Source: Pseudomonas aeruginosa PAO1
GTDB taxonomy: Bacteria > Pseudomonadota > Gammaproteobacteria > Pseudomonadales > Pseudomonadaceae
NCBI RefSeq assembly: GCF_000006765.1
Contig: NC_002516.2
Length of the DNA stretch: 64,000 bases
Direction: 5' to 3' (one strand)
Numbering within the stretch: position 1 is the stretch's first letter; every line of letters begins with the position of its first letter. Positions 9,629 to 20,028 of this stretch are shown piece after piece. The notes beneath the pieces were generated by a model that saw only the letters and a program-made list of their open reading frames with translations, was not told where the DNA came from and did not search any database. A program made the translations under genes and the position numbers.

Positions 9629-11251
9629 TCAGAACAGCCGGGTGAGCAGCCAGTAGAGCGAGGCCGAGAGCAGGATCGCCGCCGGCAGCGTCAGCACCCA
9701 GGCCATCAGCAGGTTGCGGATGGTCTTCCACTGTAGTCCCGAACCGTTCGCCGCCATGGTCCCGGCCACCCCGGAAGACAGTACATGGGTGGTGGATACC
9801 GGCAAGCCATACAGGTCCGCCGCGCCAATGGTCAGCATCGCCACGGTTTCCGCCGAGGCGCCCTGGGCGTAGGTCAGGTGGGTCTTGCCGATCTTCTCGC
9901 CGACCGTCACCACGATGCGTTTCCAGCCGACCATGGTGCCCAGGCCGAGGGCGATGGCCACGGCGATCTTCACCCATAGCGGGATGAACTTGGTGGCGTC
10001 GTCGATCTTCTGCTTGAACGCCTGCAATTTGCCGCGGGTGTCGGCGTCGAAGCGGCCGACGCCGTCCTTGTCCATCAGGCGGATCGCCTCGGAGGTCAGG
10101 TACATGTCGTTGCGCACGTTGCCCATGGCTTCCGCCGGTACCCGCGAGAACGCGCCATAGCCTTTCACTTCCTGGCCGATCGAGCCGGTCAGGGCGGCCA
10201 GCGCCGGGATCAGCTCAGGCGATGCCTGCTTGCTGCGCACGTAGTCGGAGAGTACCTGGCGCGGATCGGCCGGCGCCGGTTGCGGCGCGCTCTTCACCAG
10301 CGCTTGCTGGGTGACATCGGCGACGGCGGCGAACTGCACCGCCTGGTCCGCCGGCATGGTGCGGTTCAGGGCGTAGGCCATCGGCAGGGTGCCGACCAGG
10401 ATCAGCATGATCAGGCCCATGCCTTTCTGTCCGTCGTTGGAGCCGTGGGCGAAGGACACCCCGGTACAGGTCAGGATCAGCAGGCCGCGTATCCACCAGG
10501 GCGGCGGCGCCTTGCCCTTCGGCGCCTTGTACAGCGCGCGGTTCTTCACCAGCAGGCGCAGCGCCAGGAGCAACAGGGCGGCGCAGGCGAAGCCGATCAG
10601 CGGCGAGAGCAGCAGGGAGTAGCCGACCTTGGTCGCCTGGCCCCAGTCCACCCCGCTGGTGCCGTCGCGCCCATGCATCAGCGCGTTGGCCACGCCGACG
10701 CCGATGATCGAGCCGATCAGGGTGTGCGAGGACGACGCCGGCAGGCCCAGCCACCAGGTCCCGAGGTTCCACAGGATGGCGGCGATCAGCAGGGCGAAGA
10801 CCATGGCGAAGCCGGCCGAGGAACCGACCTGCAGGATCAGTTCCACCGGCAGCAGGGCGATGATGCCGAAGGCCACCGCGCCGCTGGAGAGCAATACGCC
10901 GAGAAAGTTGAAGCAACCCGACCAGACCACCGCGAAGTGCGGCGGCAGCGAGTGGCTGTAGATCACCGTGGCCACCGCGTTGGCGGTGTCGTGGAAGCCG
11001 TTGACGAACTCGAAGCCGAGGGCGATCAGCAGGGCCACGCCGAGCAGCAGGAAGGGCGTCCAGGTGGTGATCGTGGAACCGACGTCATCGACGTCCTGCA
11101 TCAGGCTGTAGGCGCTGAACAGCAGTCCGGTGGCGAGCACGGCGAAGAATACGAGGGCGGTGAGGCGGCCGGGACGCTGCTCGAGATGGGGCTTGCGCGC
11201 GTTGCCGGCGGCACTGGCGACGGCGTCGGCGGGAAGGACATCGGAGGTCAT
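9629..11251 (-). CDS. pitA: PiT-family inorganic phosphate transporter
   Basis: GFHDTANAVAT, AHGSNDGQK and PVSTTH signatures. Confidence 0.9.
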   Translation of the reverse strand: MTSDVLPADAVASAAGNARKPHLEQRPGRLTALVFFAVLATGLLFSAYSLMQDVDDVGSTITTWTPFLLLGVALLIALGFEFVNGFHDTANAVATVIYSHSLPPHFAVVWSGCFNFLGVLLSSGAVAFGIIALLPVELILQVGSSAGFAMVFALLIAAILWNLGTWWLGLPASSSHTLIGSIIGVGVANALMHGRDGTSGVDWGQATKVGYSLLLSPLIGFACAALLLLALRLLVKNRALYKAPKGKAPPPWWIRGLLILTCTGVSFAHGSNDGQKGMGLIMLILVGTLPMAYALNRTMPADQAVQFAAVADVTQQALVKSAPQPAPADPRQVLSDYVRSKQASPELIPALAALTGSIGQEVKGYGAFSRVPAEAMGNVRNDMYLTSEAIRLMDKDGVGRFDADTRGKLQAFKQKIDDATKFIPLWVKIAVAIALGLGTMVGWKRIVVTVGEKIGKTHLTYAQGASAETVAMLTIGAADLYGLPVSTTHVLSSGVAGTMAANGSGLQWKTIRNLLMAWVLTLPAAILLSASLYWLLTRLF

Positions 11252-11630
11252 GGTGCGGGTCCGCGCTGGGGATGACCGGCACATGATGGGCAGGCGATTG
11301 TGACAAGTTATGTCTTGCGCATACCGGCTTCGTCTGGCGAAGAAAGGACAAGGGCCGCGGGAGGCCGCCGGAAGCCGGATGGGGTCGGGCGCCAGGCGGC
11401 CTGCCCGCTGCGGCCGCGAAGATTAATGAATTCCTGTGGCGAGTGCCATCATTTCGTCGCTAAAAAGTTGGCATGTTGAGGGATTTGCCGATCCGGACAC
11501 GCGCGGGGAAGGCGAGAGCCACTGGACTAGACTGAGAAGTGCGCGGCGGGGCCGGTCGGTTGCCGGCCCGGTGCGCGGGACGAGCGCCTTCGTCCCGGGG
11601 TGGCCCGGCCGGGCGGTCGGGGAGGTCGAT

Positions 11631-12962
11631 ATGCGGATGCCGTGCCGGCTCGCGCTGGCGCTGTTGCTGTGCTTCGCCGGCCCGGCCTGTCTCGCGGCCT
11701 CCGGACCGGTTCGGGTGCTCTCGGTGGATGGTGCGATCGGCCCGGCCAGCGCCGATTACCTGGTGCGCGGCATCGAGCGTGCCGCCGAGGACGGCGCGCA
11801 ACTGGTGGTGCTGGAACTGGACACGCCCGGCGGCCTGGACGCATCGATGCGGCGCATCGTCAAGGCGATCCTCGCCAGCCAGGTGCCGGTCGCCGGTTTC
11901 GTCGCGCCCAGCGGGGCGCGGGCGGCGAGCGCCGGCACCTACATCCTGTATGCCTGCCATATCGCGGCGATGGCGCCGGGCACCAACCTCGGCGCTGCCA
12001 CCCCGGTGCGCCTGGGGACGCCGGACAAGCCCGCAGAGAAGCCCCCGGCGCGGGACGCCGACCCCATGGCGCGCAAGCAGGTCAACGACGCCGCCGCCTA
12101 TATCCGTGGCCTCGCGCAACTGCGCGGGCGCAACGCCGAGTGGGCCGAGCGCGCGGTGCGCGAGGCGGTCAGCCTGGCGGCGCACGAGGCGGCGGCGCAG
12201 AAGGTGATCGACCTGCAGGCCCGCGACCTGCCCGACCTGCTGCGCCAGCTCGACAGCCGCAGCCTGCGCGTCGGCGAGCGCGCGCTGACCCTGGCTACCG
12301 CCGGCGCCACGGTCGAGCGCCAGGCACCGGACTGGCGCGCGCGGTTGCTGGCGGTGCTCACCGATCCCAGCGTGGCGCTGATCCTGATGATGATCGGCAT
12401 CTACGGGCTGATCTTCGAACTGGCCAATCCCGGCATGGCGCTGCCCGGCGTACTCGGCGGCATCTGCCTGCTGCTCGGCCTGTACGCCCTGCAGATGCTG
12501 CCGGTCAACTACGCCGGGCTGGCGCTGATCGCGCTGGGCCTGGCGTTCATGGTGGGCGAGGCGTTCGTCGCCAGCTTCGGCGTGCTCGGCATCGGCGGAA
12601 TCGTCTCGTTCGTGGTCGGCGCGCTGATCCTGATCGATACCGAGGTGCCCGGCTACGGCATTCCGCCCGGCCTGGTGGTGGCCCTGGCGTTGCTCAGCGC
12701 CGCGCTGATCGTCGGTCTGCTGGGCATGGCCCTGCGTACTCGCCGGCAAGCGGTGGTAAGTGGCACCGCCGGATTGGTCGGCAGCCTGGCGACGGTGGCG
12801 GCGGTGGATTCCGAACAACCCTGCGCAGGCTGGGTGCTGCTCCAGGGCGAGCGCTGGCGGGTGCTCGCCGCGCGGCCGCTGGCGGTGGGCCAGCCGGTCT
12901 GGGTGCTGGCGCGCAAAGGCCTGCTCCTGGAAGTCGCGCTGGCCGATGAAGGAGGTGGATGA
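11631..12962 (+). CDS. nfeD: NfeD-family membrane-bound serine protease
   Basis: Signal peptide; LDTPGG and AASAG ClpP-like motifs; TM segment; C-terminal OB-fold (GERWR); RBS GGAGG. Confidence 0.9.
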   Translation: MRMPCRLALALLLCFAGPACLAASGPVRVLSVDGAIGPASADYLVRGIERAAEDGAQLVVLELDTPGGLDASMRRIVKAILASQVPVAGFVAPSGARAASAGTYILYACHIAAMAPGTNLGAATPVRLGTPDKPAEKPPARDADPMARKQVNDAAAYIRGLAQLRGRNAEWAERAVREAVSLAAHEAAAQKVIDLQARDLPDLLRQLDSRSLRVGERALTLATAGATVERQAPDWRARLLAVLTDPSVALILMMIGIYGLIFELANPGMALPGVLGGICLLLGLYALQMLPVNYAGLALIALGLAFMVGEAFVASFGVLGIGGIVSFVVGALILIDTEVPGYGIPPGLVVALALLSAALIVGLLGMALRTRRQAVVSGTAGLVGSLATVAAVDSEQPCAGWVLLQGERWRVLAARPLAVGQPVWVLARKGLLLEVALADEGGG

Positions 12963-13753
12963 TGGGTATTTCCTATGGTTTGGCGATGTTGCTGGTGTTC
13001 CTCGCGCTGCTGCTGTTCAGCGCGCTGCGCATCCTCCGCGAGTACGAGCGTGGCGTGGTGTTCCAGCTCGGGCGGTTCTGGAAGGTCAAGGGGCCGGGGC
13101 TGGTGTTGGTGATCCCGGCGATCCAGCAGATGGTGCGCATCGACCTGCGCACCATCGTCCTCGACGTGCCGCCGCAGGATGTGATTTCCCGCGACAACGT
13201 TTCGGTGAAGGTCAACGCGGTGGTGTACTTCCGTGTGCTCGATCCGCAGAAGGCGATCATCCAGGTGGAGAACTACCTGGCCGCCACCAGCCAATTGGCG
13301 CAGACCACCCTGCGCGCGGTGCTGGGCAAGCACGAACTGGACGAAATGCTCGCCGAGCGCGAGCGCCTGAACCTGGATATCCAGCAGGTGCTCGATGCGC
13401 AGACCGACGCCTGGGGCATCAAGGTGGCGAATGTGGAAATCAAGCACGTCGATCTCAACGAATCGATGGTCCGCGCCATCGCCCGGCAGGCCGAGGCGGA
13501 GCGTGAGCGCAGGGCCAAGGTGATCCATGCCGAGGGCGAGCTGCAAGCCTCGGAGAAACTCATGCAGGCGGCGCAGATGCTCGGCCGGCAGAGTGGCGCC
13601 ATGCAGTTGCGCTACATGCAGACCCTCGGCGCGATCGCCGGCGACAAGAGTTCGACCATCGTCTTCCCGATGCCGATCGAACTCTTCGGCGGCAAGTACG
13701 CAGGTGCCGCGCCGCGGAACGAAAAGGCCGCCGGAGAGGATGAGGAGAGGTGA
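12959..13753 (+). CDS. Stomatin-like SPFH/band-7 protein
   Basis: [20 protein letters not shown] and [10 protein letters not shown]; start overlaps the nfeD stop. Confidence 0.92.
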   Translation: MMGISYGLAMLLVFLALLLFSALRILREYERGVVFQLGRFWKVKGPGLVLVIPAIQQMVRIDLRTIVLDVPPQDVISRDNVSVKVNAVVYFRVLDPQKAIIQVENYLAATSQLAQTTLRAVLGKHELDEMLAERERLNLDIQQVLDAQTDAWGIKVANVEIKHVDLNESMVRAIARQAEAERERRAKVIHAEGELQASEKLMQAAQMLGRQSGAMQLRYMQTLGAIAGDKSSTIVFPMPIELFGGKYAGAAPRNEKAAGEDEER

Positions 13754-13860
13754 ACGCGCGCGGTTTGTGATGGAAATATCATCGAGCCGCGACACGGGGA
13801 CATGCGTGCCCGGGGTCGGGATGGCTATGCTGTGGCGATCCACTCCCGGGACGCTCCTTC

Positions 13861-14592
13861 ATGCTGCGATGCGCACTCCTGCTGCTGACATTGCTCCTCC
13901 CTTGCGCGCTGCCTGCCGCCAACCTGCGCCTGGTCGGCGACTCCTGGCCGCCTTTCGTCGATTCGCGCCTGCCTGGCAACGGCCTGGCGGTGGAACTGGT
14001 GACCACCGCGCTCAAGCGCGCCGGCTTCGACTCGAGTTTCCAGCAGGTACCCTGGTCGCGTGCCCTGTACGGCGTGCGCAGCGGCGACTACGACATCGCC
14101 CTGAGCGCCTGGTACGAGCCCGCCCGCAGCCTCTACGGGCAGTTTTCCCGCGCCTACCTGAGCAACCGCATTCGCCTGCTGCAACGCAAGGGGCGGGGTA
14201 TCGAGTTTTCCCGCCTGAGCGACCTGCGTCCCTACCGCATCGCGGTCGTGCGCGACTATGCCTACGCGCCCGAATTCGACCGTGACAGCCGTCTGCAGAA
14301 GGTCAACGTGACCAGCTTCGCCAACGCCGCGCGGATGCTCGAGGCGGGGCGGGTCGACCTGGCGGTGGAGGACGAGCTGGCGCTGGGGGTCGCCTTCAAG
14401 GGCGAACTGGCCGATTTGCGCGACAAGCTGGAGGTACTGCCCACCCCGCTTGGCGAGAACGGCCTGCACCTGCTGGTGAGCCTGAGGAATCCCCGGCATG
14501 ACGAGATCGTCGAAGGCTTCGACCTGGCCATCCGCGGAATGCGCGACGACGGCAGCTACCAGCGCCTGCTGGAGCGCTACGGCGCGCGCTAG
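13861..14592 (+). CDS. Orphan periplasmic solute-binding protein (family 3-like)
   Basis: Signal peptide; WPPF, VPWSRA and GRVDL features. Confidence 0.75.
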   Translation: MLRCALLLLTLLLPCALPAANLRLVGDSWPPFVDSRLPGNGLAVELVTTALKRAGFDSSFQQVPWSRALYGVRSGDYDIALSAWYEPARSLYGQFSRAYLSNRIRLLQRKGRGIEFSRLSDLRPYRIAVVRDYAYAPEFDRDSRLQKVNVTSFANAARMLEAGRVDLAVEDELALGVAFKGELADLRDKLEVLPTPLGENGLHLLVSLRNPRHDEIVEGFDLAIRGMRDDGSYQRLLERYGAR

Positions 14593-16790
14593 GGCTGGCC
14601 TGGCAGCGGCTGCGCGCCGGCCAGTTCCTTCTTCAGCAAGTGCGCGGCCAGGGTGCGCAGCGGGGCGAGCTGGCGGCAGATGTGCGCCAGTTGGGTCTGT
14701 ACCAGGCGATGGCTGTCGTCCATGTCCTCGGGCATCTGCTCCAGTTCCTTGGCCAGCGCTTCCTCCTCTTCGCTGTAGATGGCGACCGGGCGTTTCTGTT
14801 CCAGGCTCGCGGCGATTTCCTCGAGGCTGGCGGAGAGCCGCTCGGCGGCGCGCTCCAGGAGGCCGTCGCTGGCGTCCTCGGGCAGGCTTTCGCGGTGCGC
14901 GCCGAGACCGGATAGATAGCTGAGCAGGGTGTGCGAGAGGACCAGGAAGCGGAAGCCGATCTCGGCGTCCTTCCTGAAGTGGCCGGGTTCCAGGAGCATG
15001 TTCGACAGGGTGGTCGAGAGCGCCGCGTCGGCGTTGTGCGCGTTGCGCCGGGCGGTGCGGTAGTCGAGGTCGTCGCGCTTGCCGGTGGCGTACTGCTGCA
15101 TGATCTGCCGCAGGTAACGGCTGTTGCAGGCGAGGGTGTTGGCGAGCATGCGGTTGAGCCGGCGGCCCTGCCAGTCGGGCAGCACCAGGAACACCGCGAG
15201 GCCGGCGATCAGGCTGCCTAGCAAGGTATCGAACAGGCGGGGCAGGATCAGCCCGTAGCCATCGCCGACCTGGTTGAAGCAGAACAGCACCAGCAGGGTG
15301 ATCGCCGCCGTCGCCAGGGTATAGCGACTGCTGCGGGTGGCGAAGAAGGCGACCCCGGCGGCGACCGCGAACAGCGACTGCACCAGCGGGCTGGGGAACA
15401 GGTCGATCAGCGCCCAGCCGCCCACCAGGCCGACCACCGTACCGAGGATCCGCTGCACCAGGCGCAGGCGGGTCGCGCCATAGTTGGGCTGGCAGACGAA
15501 CACCGTGGTGAGCAGTATCCAGTAGCCCTGGGTCGGATGGATCCAGTGCAGCACGCCGTAGCCGGCGGTCAGCGCCAGGGCCATGCGCAGGCCGTGGCGG
15601 AACAGCAGCGAGGTCGGGGTGAGCTGCTGGCGCAGGCGCTCGAAGGCATCCTTCAGGCTGCGCGGCGAGCGGTCGAGCAGGGCGCTGTCCTGTTCGTCGG
15701 CGATGGCGTCCGGGTTGCTCGCCCCGGCCAGCTTGCGGTCCAGCGTGGTGAGGTTGGCGGCCAGGGCGCCGAGCGAGCGCAGCAGGCCCTTCCAGGCCGG
15801 GTTGCTCTGCTGGCGCAGGTGTTCGAGCGAGGCCTGGAGGTCTTCCAGGGCCAGCTCGCGGTCGGCGTAGTCGAACGGCTGGCGCAGGCGGATAGCCCGC
15901 GCCAGGGCCTGGCAGGCCTTGCCCTGCTGGTTGAGCAGGCGCTGGCAGCGGAACAGCACGTCGCTGTGGAAGAACGCCTCGGCCAGCCGGTTGTACGGGT
16001 AGTGCGAGGAACTGGCGCGCTCGTGGACGTCCTGGGCGATGAAATAGAGCTTCAGGTAGCGGCTCACCTTGGGGCCCGGCCGGCCATGGCCGAGACGGTT
16101 GAGAATGGTCTCCTTGGCCTGGTTCAGCGCCACCACCACCTTGCCGTTCTGCCGTGCCAGGGCGAGGCGCTGGCCCTCCACGTCGAGCTGGCGCAACGGT
16201 TCGAACAGGCTCGACTTGATCCTCAGGTATTCGCCCAGCTCGAAATACAGGCGGGAAAGACTCTGCTGCACCGGCTGGTTGGAGAACAGCGCGTTCCACA
16301 GTACCGAGAGCAGCCCGTACCAGGCCGCCCCGGCCACCAGCAGCAGCGGTTCGTGCCAGACATCGGCGACCTCGCCGCCGCGCTGGTCCACGCCGATCAT
16401 GGTGTAGATCGAGAGGATCAGGGTCGCCGAGGCGATCGCCGCATAGCGCTCGCCGAGGGCGCCGAGGAGGATCATGCCGAACGCCGACAGCGCCATCCCG
16501 GAAACGAACAGCCAGGGATAGGGGAACAGCAACTCGACGGCGAAGGCGGCGACGCTGAAGCACAGCAGGGTCACCAGCAGCGCTTGCAGGCGGCCGAGCC
16601 AGTTGTCGTCGGTCTCCGCCAGGGCGCTGGCGATGATCCCGAGGAACAGCGGGATCAGCAGCTCGATGCGGTCCTGCCACCAGCACAGCAGCAGGGCGCC
16701 GGCCAGGGCGATGAACACCCGCAGGCTGTAGGCGAACTTGTCGAGGGCCCAGAGGCGGCGGAGCGTGTGTGTCAACGAAGAGGGCGGCAT
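14589..16790 (-). CDS. YccS/YhfK (FUSC-like) membrane transporter
   Basis: 733 aa with two TM bundles; FRHGLRM, GYWILLTTVFVCQPNYGAT and RILGT motifs. Confidence 0.88.
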   Translation of the reverse strand: MPPSSLTHTLRRLWALDKFAYSLRVFIALAGALLLCWWQDRIELLIPLFLGIIASALAETDDNWLGRLQALLVTLLCFSVAAFAVELLFPYPWLFVSGMALSAFGMILLGALGERYAAIASATLILSIYTMIGVDQRGGEVADVWHEPLLLVAGAAWYGLLSVLWNALFSNQPVQQSLSRLYFELGEYLRIKSSLFEPLRQLDVEGQRLALARQNGKVVVALNQAKETILNRLGHGRPGPKVSRYLKLYFIAQDVHERASSSHYPYNRLAEAFFHSDVLFRCQRLLNQQGKACQALARAIRLRQPFDYADRELALEDLQASLEHLRQQSNPAWKGLLRSLGALAANLTTLDRKLAGASNPDAIADEQDSALLDRSPRSLKDAFERLRQQLTPTSLLFRHGLRMALALTAGYGVLHWIHPTQGYWILLTTVFVCQPNYGATRLRLVQRILGTVVGLVGGWALIDLFPSPLVQSLFAVAAGVAFFATRSSRYTLATAAITLLVLFCFNQVGDGYGLILPRLFDTLLGSLIAGLAVFLVLPDWQGRRLNRMLANTLACNSRYLRQIMQQYATGKRDDLDYRTARRNAHNADAALSTTLSNMLLEPGHFRKDAEIGFRFLVLSHTLLSYLSGLGAHRESLPEDASDGLLERAAERLSASLEEIAASLEQKRPVAIYSEEEEALAKELEQMPEDMDDSHRLVQTQLAHICRQLAPLRTLAAHLLKKELAGAQPLPGQP

Positions 16791-17050
16791 GGGGCGGAGT
16801 GCTATCCGATGGTCCGTGGTTCAGCCTATGTGGCCTGTCCGGCTAATTCAATCGGCCGATTTCGCGCGACTGGAAGTCCGCTGCCCGCCGCAGTCGCAGG
16901 AAACGCTGCCGTGGGCAACTCGGTCGAGCCGGGCATCTGGCGGATGCAGGCTTCGTGCCTGCGAACGCTAAGACGTCGTCGCCGCGCCGGACGTTACCCG
17001 GCGGCGATATCGCGCGCCGGAGCGGGCCCGGCGAGCGAAGCGGCGGCGCG

Positions 17051-18427
17051 CTACAGCAGGCGGACCTTGAACGAGCGCCCCTTGATCTTGCCTTCGCTCA
17101 GGCGCTTGAGGGCCTGGTGGGCGAGGCCGCGCTCGATGGCGACGAAGGCCTGGAAGTCGAAGATGGCGATCTTGCCCACCGCGCTGCCGGGCAGCCCGGC
17201 GTCGCCGGTGAGGGCACCGAGCAGGTCGCCGGGGCGCACCTTGTCCTTGCGTCCGCCGGCGATGCACAGGGTGCTCATCGGCGGCAGCAATGGCTCCGGG
17301 CTGGCCTTCAACTGGCCGAGGGCGTACCAGGCCAGCGGCTGCTTCTGCAGGTCCTCGATGGCCTGCGCGCGGCTGGCCTCGGCCGGCGCCACCAGCGACA
17401 GGGCCAGGCCTTTCTCGCCGGCGCGACCGCTGCGTCCGATGCGATGGATGTGGACCTCCGGGTCACGCGCCAGCTCGACGTTGATCACCGTTTCCAGGGC
17501 GGCGATGTCCAGCCCGCGGGCGGCCACGTCGGTGGCCACCAGTACGTTGCAACTGCGGTTGGCGAACACCGTCAGGACCTGGTCGCGCTCGCGCTGCTCC
17601 AGGTCGCCGTGCAGGGCCAGGGCGGAAATCCGCTGCGCCTTCAGTGCGTCGGCCAGCTCCTGGCACTGCTGGCGGGTCTGGCAGAAGGCCACGCAGGACT
17701 GTGGCCGGAAATGCTGGAGCAGGCGTACCACGGCGTCCATGCGCTGTTTCGGATCGATCTCGAAGAAGCGCTGCTCGATCTGGCTGTCGGCGTGCAGCGA
17801 CTCGACCCTCACCTGTCGCGGATCGCGCATGAAGGTCTTCGCCAGCTTCTCGATGCCGTCCGGGTAGGTGGCGGAGAACAGCAGGGTCTGCCGGCGCTCG
17901 GGGAGCTGGCCGATGATCTCGGCGATGCTGTCGTAGAAGCCCATGTCGAGCATCCGGTCGGCTTCGTCGAGGACCAGGGTATTGAGCCCGTCGAGGACCA
18001 GGGTGCCCTTGCGCAGGTGCTCCTGGATGCGCCCCGGGGTGCCGACCACCACGTGCGCGCCGTGCTCCAGCGAAGCCACCTGCGGGCCGTAGGGGACGCC
18101 GCCGCAGAGGGTCAGGACCTTGATGTTGTCGGCGGCGCGGGCCAGCCGGCGGATCTCCTTGGCGACCTGGTCGGCCAGTTCGCGGGTCGGGCACAGCACC
18201 AGCGCCTGGCAGCCGAAGTAGCGCGGGTTCAGCGGGCTGAGCAGGGCGAGGCCGAAGGCCGCGGTCTTGCCGCTGCCGGTCTTGGCCTGGGCGATCAGGT
18301 CGTGGCCCTGGAGGATCAGCGGCAGGCTCTGCGCCTGGATCGGCGTCATCTCCCGGTAACCGAGGGAGTCGAGATTGGCCAGGAGGTCCGCGGAAAGCGG
18401 CAGCGAGGAGAAAGCGGTGGAGGTCAC
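17051..18427 (-). CDS. dbpA: DEAD-box 23S rRNA helicase DbpA
   Basis: AKTGSGKT, PTRELA, DEAD and HRIGRSGR motifs; C-terminal DbpA RNA-binding domain (GRKDKVRPGD). Confidence 0.95.
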   Translation of the reverse strand: MTSTAFSSLPLSADLLANLDSLGYREMTPIQAQSLPLILQGHDLIAQAKTGSGKTAAFGLALLSPLNPRYFGCQALVLCPTRELADQVAKEIRRLARAADNIKVLTLCGGVPYGPQVASLEHGAHVVVGTPGRIQEHLRKGTLVLDGLNTLVLDEADRMLDMGFYDSIAEIIGQLPERRQTLLFSATYPDGIEKLAKTFMRDPRQVRVESLHADSQIEQRFFEIDPKQRMDAVVRLLQHFRPQSCVAFCQTRQQCQELADALKAQRISALALHGDLEQRERDQVLTVFANRSCNVLVATDVAARGLDIAALETVINVELARDPEVHIHRIGRSGRAGEKGLALSLVAPAEASRAQAIEDLQKQPLAWYALGQLKASPEPLLPPMSTLCIAGGRKDKVRPGDLLGALTGDAGLPGSAVGKIAIFDFQAFVAIERGLAHQALKRLSEGKIKGRSFKVRLL

Positions 18428-18570
18428 GGGGCAGGGCTCGGCAGGCGATACGAGCGGCTAGTCTAGCAGCCTGCGGCGGCTTGCCGCGTGCGATCGCCGC
18501 CGGAGCAGCAGCGACAGGCAATGTATCTTTGGCCAGTACCGTTCGTCCGAAAAACGAAAAAAGCGCGTTT

Positions 18571-18586
18571 CTGTATTTTTATACAG
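18571..18586. promoter_or_regulatory. LexA (SOS) box
   Basis: CTGT-ATTTTTAT-ACAG, an exact CTGT-N8-ACAG with an AT-rich core. Confidence 0.55.
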
Positions 18587-18587
18587 G

Positions 18588-18617
18588 TTCGCTTTCCTCA
18601 GTTTTTTGTCGTAGAGT
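18588..18617 (+). promoter_or_regulatory. Possible sigma70 promoter of the cold-shock gene, implying a ~150-nt 5' UTR
   Basis: TTCGCT-N18-TAGAGT; long leaders are typical of csp genes. Confidence 0.3.
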
Positions 18618-18774
18618 GCTGACACTGTGTTTGCATGGGTCGCCGTCGATCGTGACCTGATGCGGTCGGAAATTCCAGCCCGTCCTGCTCGACTCCTTGT
18701 AACTCCTTGCAACTCAGTTACCGGCTACGATTTCGTGGCTAAATCAATACCCATAGTTCCAAGGAGAACTTGCA

Positions 18775-18984
18775 ATGTCCCGTCAGAACGGCACCGTTAA
18801 GTGGTTCAACGAAACCAAAGGCTACGGCTTCATTACCCCGGAAAGCGGCCCGGACGTTTTCGTTCACTTCCGTGCCATCGAAGGTAACGGCTTCAAGACC
18901 CTGGCCGAAGGCCAGAAGGTCAGCTTCGAAGTCGTACAAGGCCAGAAAGGCATGCAGGCCGAGCGCGTTCAGGTGATCAACTAA
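18775..18984 (+). CDS. capB: Cold-shock protein (CspA family)
   Basis: [15 protein letters not shown] (RNP1) and VFVHF (RNP2); RBS AAGGAG. Confidence 0.93.
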   Translation: MSRQNGTVKWFNETKGYGFITPESGPDVFVHFRAIEGNGFKTLAEGQKVSFEVVQGQKGMQAERVQVIN

Positions 18985-19007
18985 GATCCCTGGGCCCCAG
19001 CCCGAAG

Positions 19008-19036
19008 AACCCGGATGGAAGCATCCGGGTTTTTTA
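19008..19036 (+). terminator. Rho-independent terminator of the cold-shock gene
   Basis: AACCCGGATG-gaag-CATCCGGGTT followed by a T run. Confidence 0.9.
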
Positions 19037-19134
19037 TTGCCCGGAGAAAACCGTCACACTGTCTTCGCCTGCCGTTCACCCTGTCTTGACGAGTTCCCGC
19101 CCAGAGTGGCCCGGTCCCGTTCGGAGTCGTTTCG

Positions 19135-19659
19135 ATGAAGCCTGTGCAATCCCGTCGTCTGGCCTTCGCCGCGCTGTTGTCGCTGTCGTTCTCTTCCGCG
19201 TCCTGCCATGCCGCCACCGAGCACTGGGGCTGGATCGAGCAGTCCTGGCTGATGCCCGAGCGCATGCAGGCCAAGGCCAAGCTGGATACCGGCGCGCTGA
19301 CCTCGTCGCTGGACGCGAGGAATATCCATCGCTACAAGAAGGACGGCGAGCGCTGGGTGCGCTTCGATGTCGTGCTGCCCACCGCCGACAGCAAGGCGCC
19401 GGTCAGCGTGACCTTCGAGCGCAAGGTGCTGCGGCTGATCAAGGTACGCGGCGCCGGCGGCAGCGACAGCCGTCCGGTGGTGGCGATGGACATCTGCCTG
19501 GGCGCCAAGCTGCTGCGCGAGCAGTTCTCCCTGCGCGACCGCGGCAACATGAACTATCCGGTGCTGCTCGGTCGCCGCACGCTCGAACACCTCGGCGCGG
19601 TCGACGTGTCCCGAACCTTTACCCGCAAACCTACCTGCAGCGCGCTCGCCGCTCAGTAG
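19135..19659 (+). CDS. Secreted retropepsin-like peptidase (RimK-associated 'ATP-dependent Zn protease' family)
   Basis: Signal peptide; AKLDTGALTSSL, RPVV and YPVLLGR motifs. Confidence 0.8.
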   Translation: MKPVQSRRLAFAALLSLSFSSASCHAATEHWGWIEQSWLMPERMQAKAKLDTGALTSSLDARNIHRYKKDGERWVRFDVVLPTADSKAPVSVTFERKVLRLIKVRGAGGSDSRPVVAMDICLGAKLLREQFSLRDRGNMNYPVLLGRRTLEHLGAVDVSRTFTRKPTCSALAAQ

Positions 19660-20027
19660 AAGAACCAGCGCAGCAGTCCAGCGCCCAGCGCCACCCAGAA
19701 CAGCACGATCAGCGCAGCCATCCACAGGTTGCGCGGGTGCGTCTCGACCTCGCGAGCCCGCGCGCGGCACTCGGCGAGCAGCGTGGGTGGGGTGAGGCGG
19801 ATCGCCAGCCAGATCCCCAGCGGCACCAGCAACAGGTCGTCGAGGTAGCCGAGCAGCGGTATGAAGTCCGGGATCAGGTCGATCGGACTCAGCGCATAGG
19901 CCACCACCAGCAGAGCCACCAGTCGGGCCAGCCAGGGCATGTGCGGATGGCGGCTGCACAGCCAGAGGGCGATGACCTCGGTCTTCAGCTCGCGAGCCCA
20001 GCGCTTGAGCGTAGCGATCCAGGCCAT
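19653..20027 (-). CDS. YkvA/DUF1232 small membrane protein
   Basis: YALSPIDLIPDFIPLLGYLDD signature. Confidence 0.88.
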   Translation of the reverse strand: MAWIATLKRWARELKTEVIALWLCSRHPHMPWLARLVALLVVAYALSPIDLIPDFIPLLGYLDDLLLVPLGIWLAIRLTPPTLLAECRARAREVETHPRNLWMAALIVLFWVALGAGLLRWFFY

Positions 20028-20028
20028 C

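Noticed and set aside
11300-11314. Pho box upstream of pitA (GACAT-N5-GTCAC on the minus strand)
   Set aside because: Half-site period is 10 bp rather than 11 bp, and the first half-site is poor.
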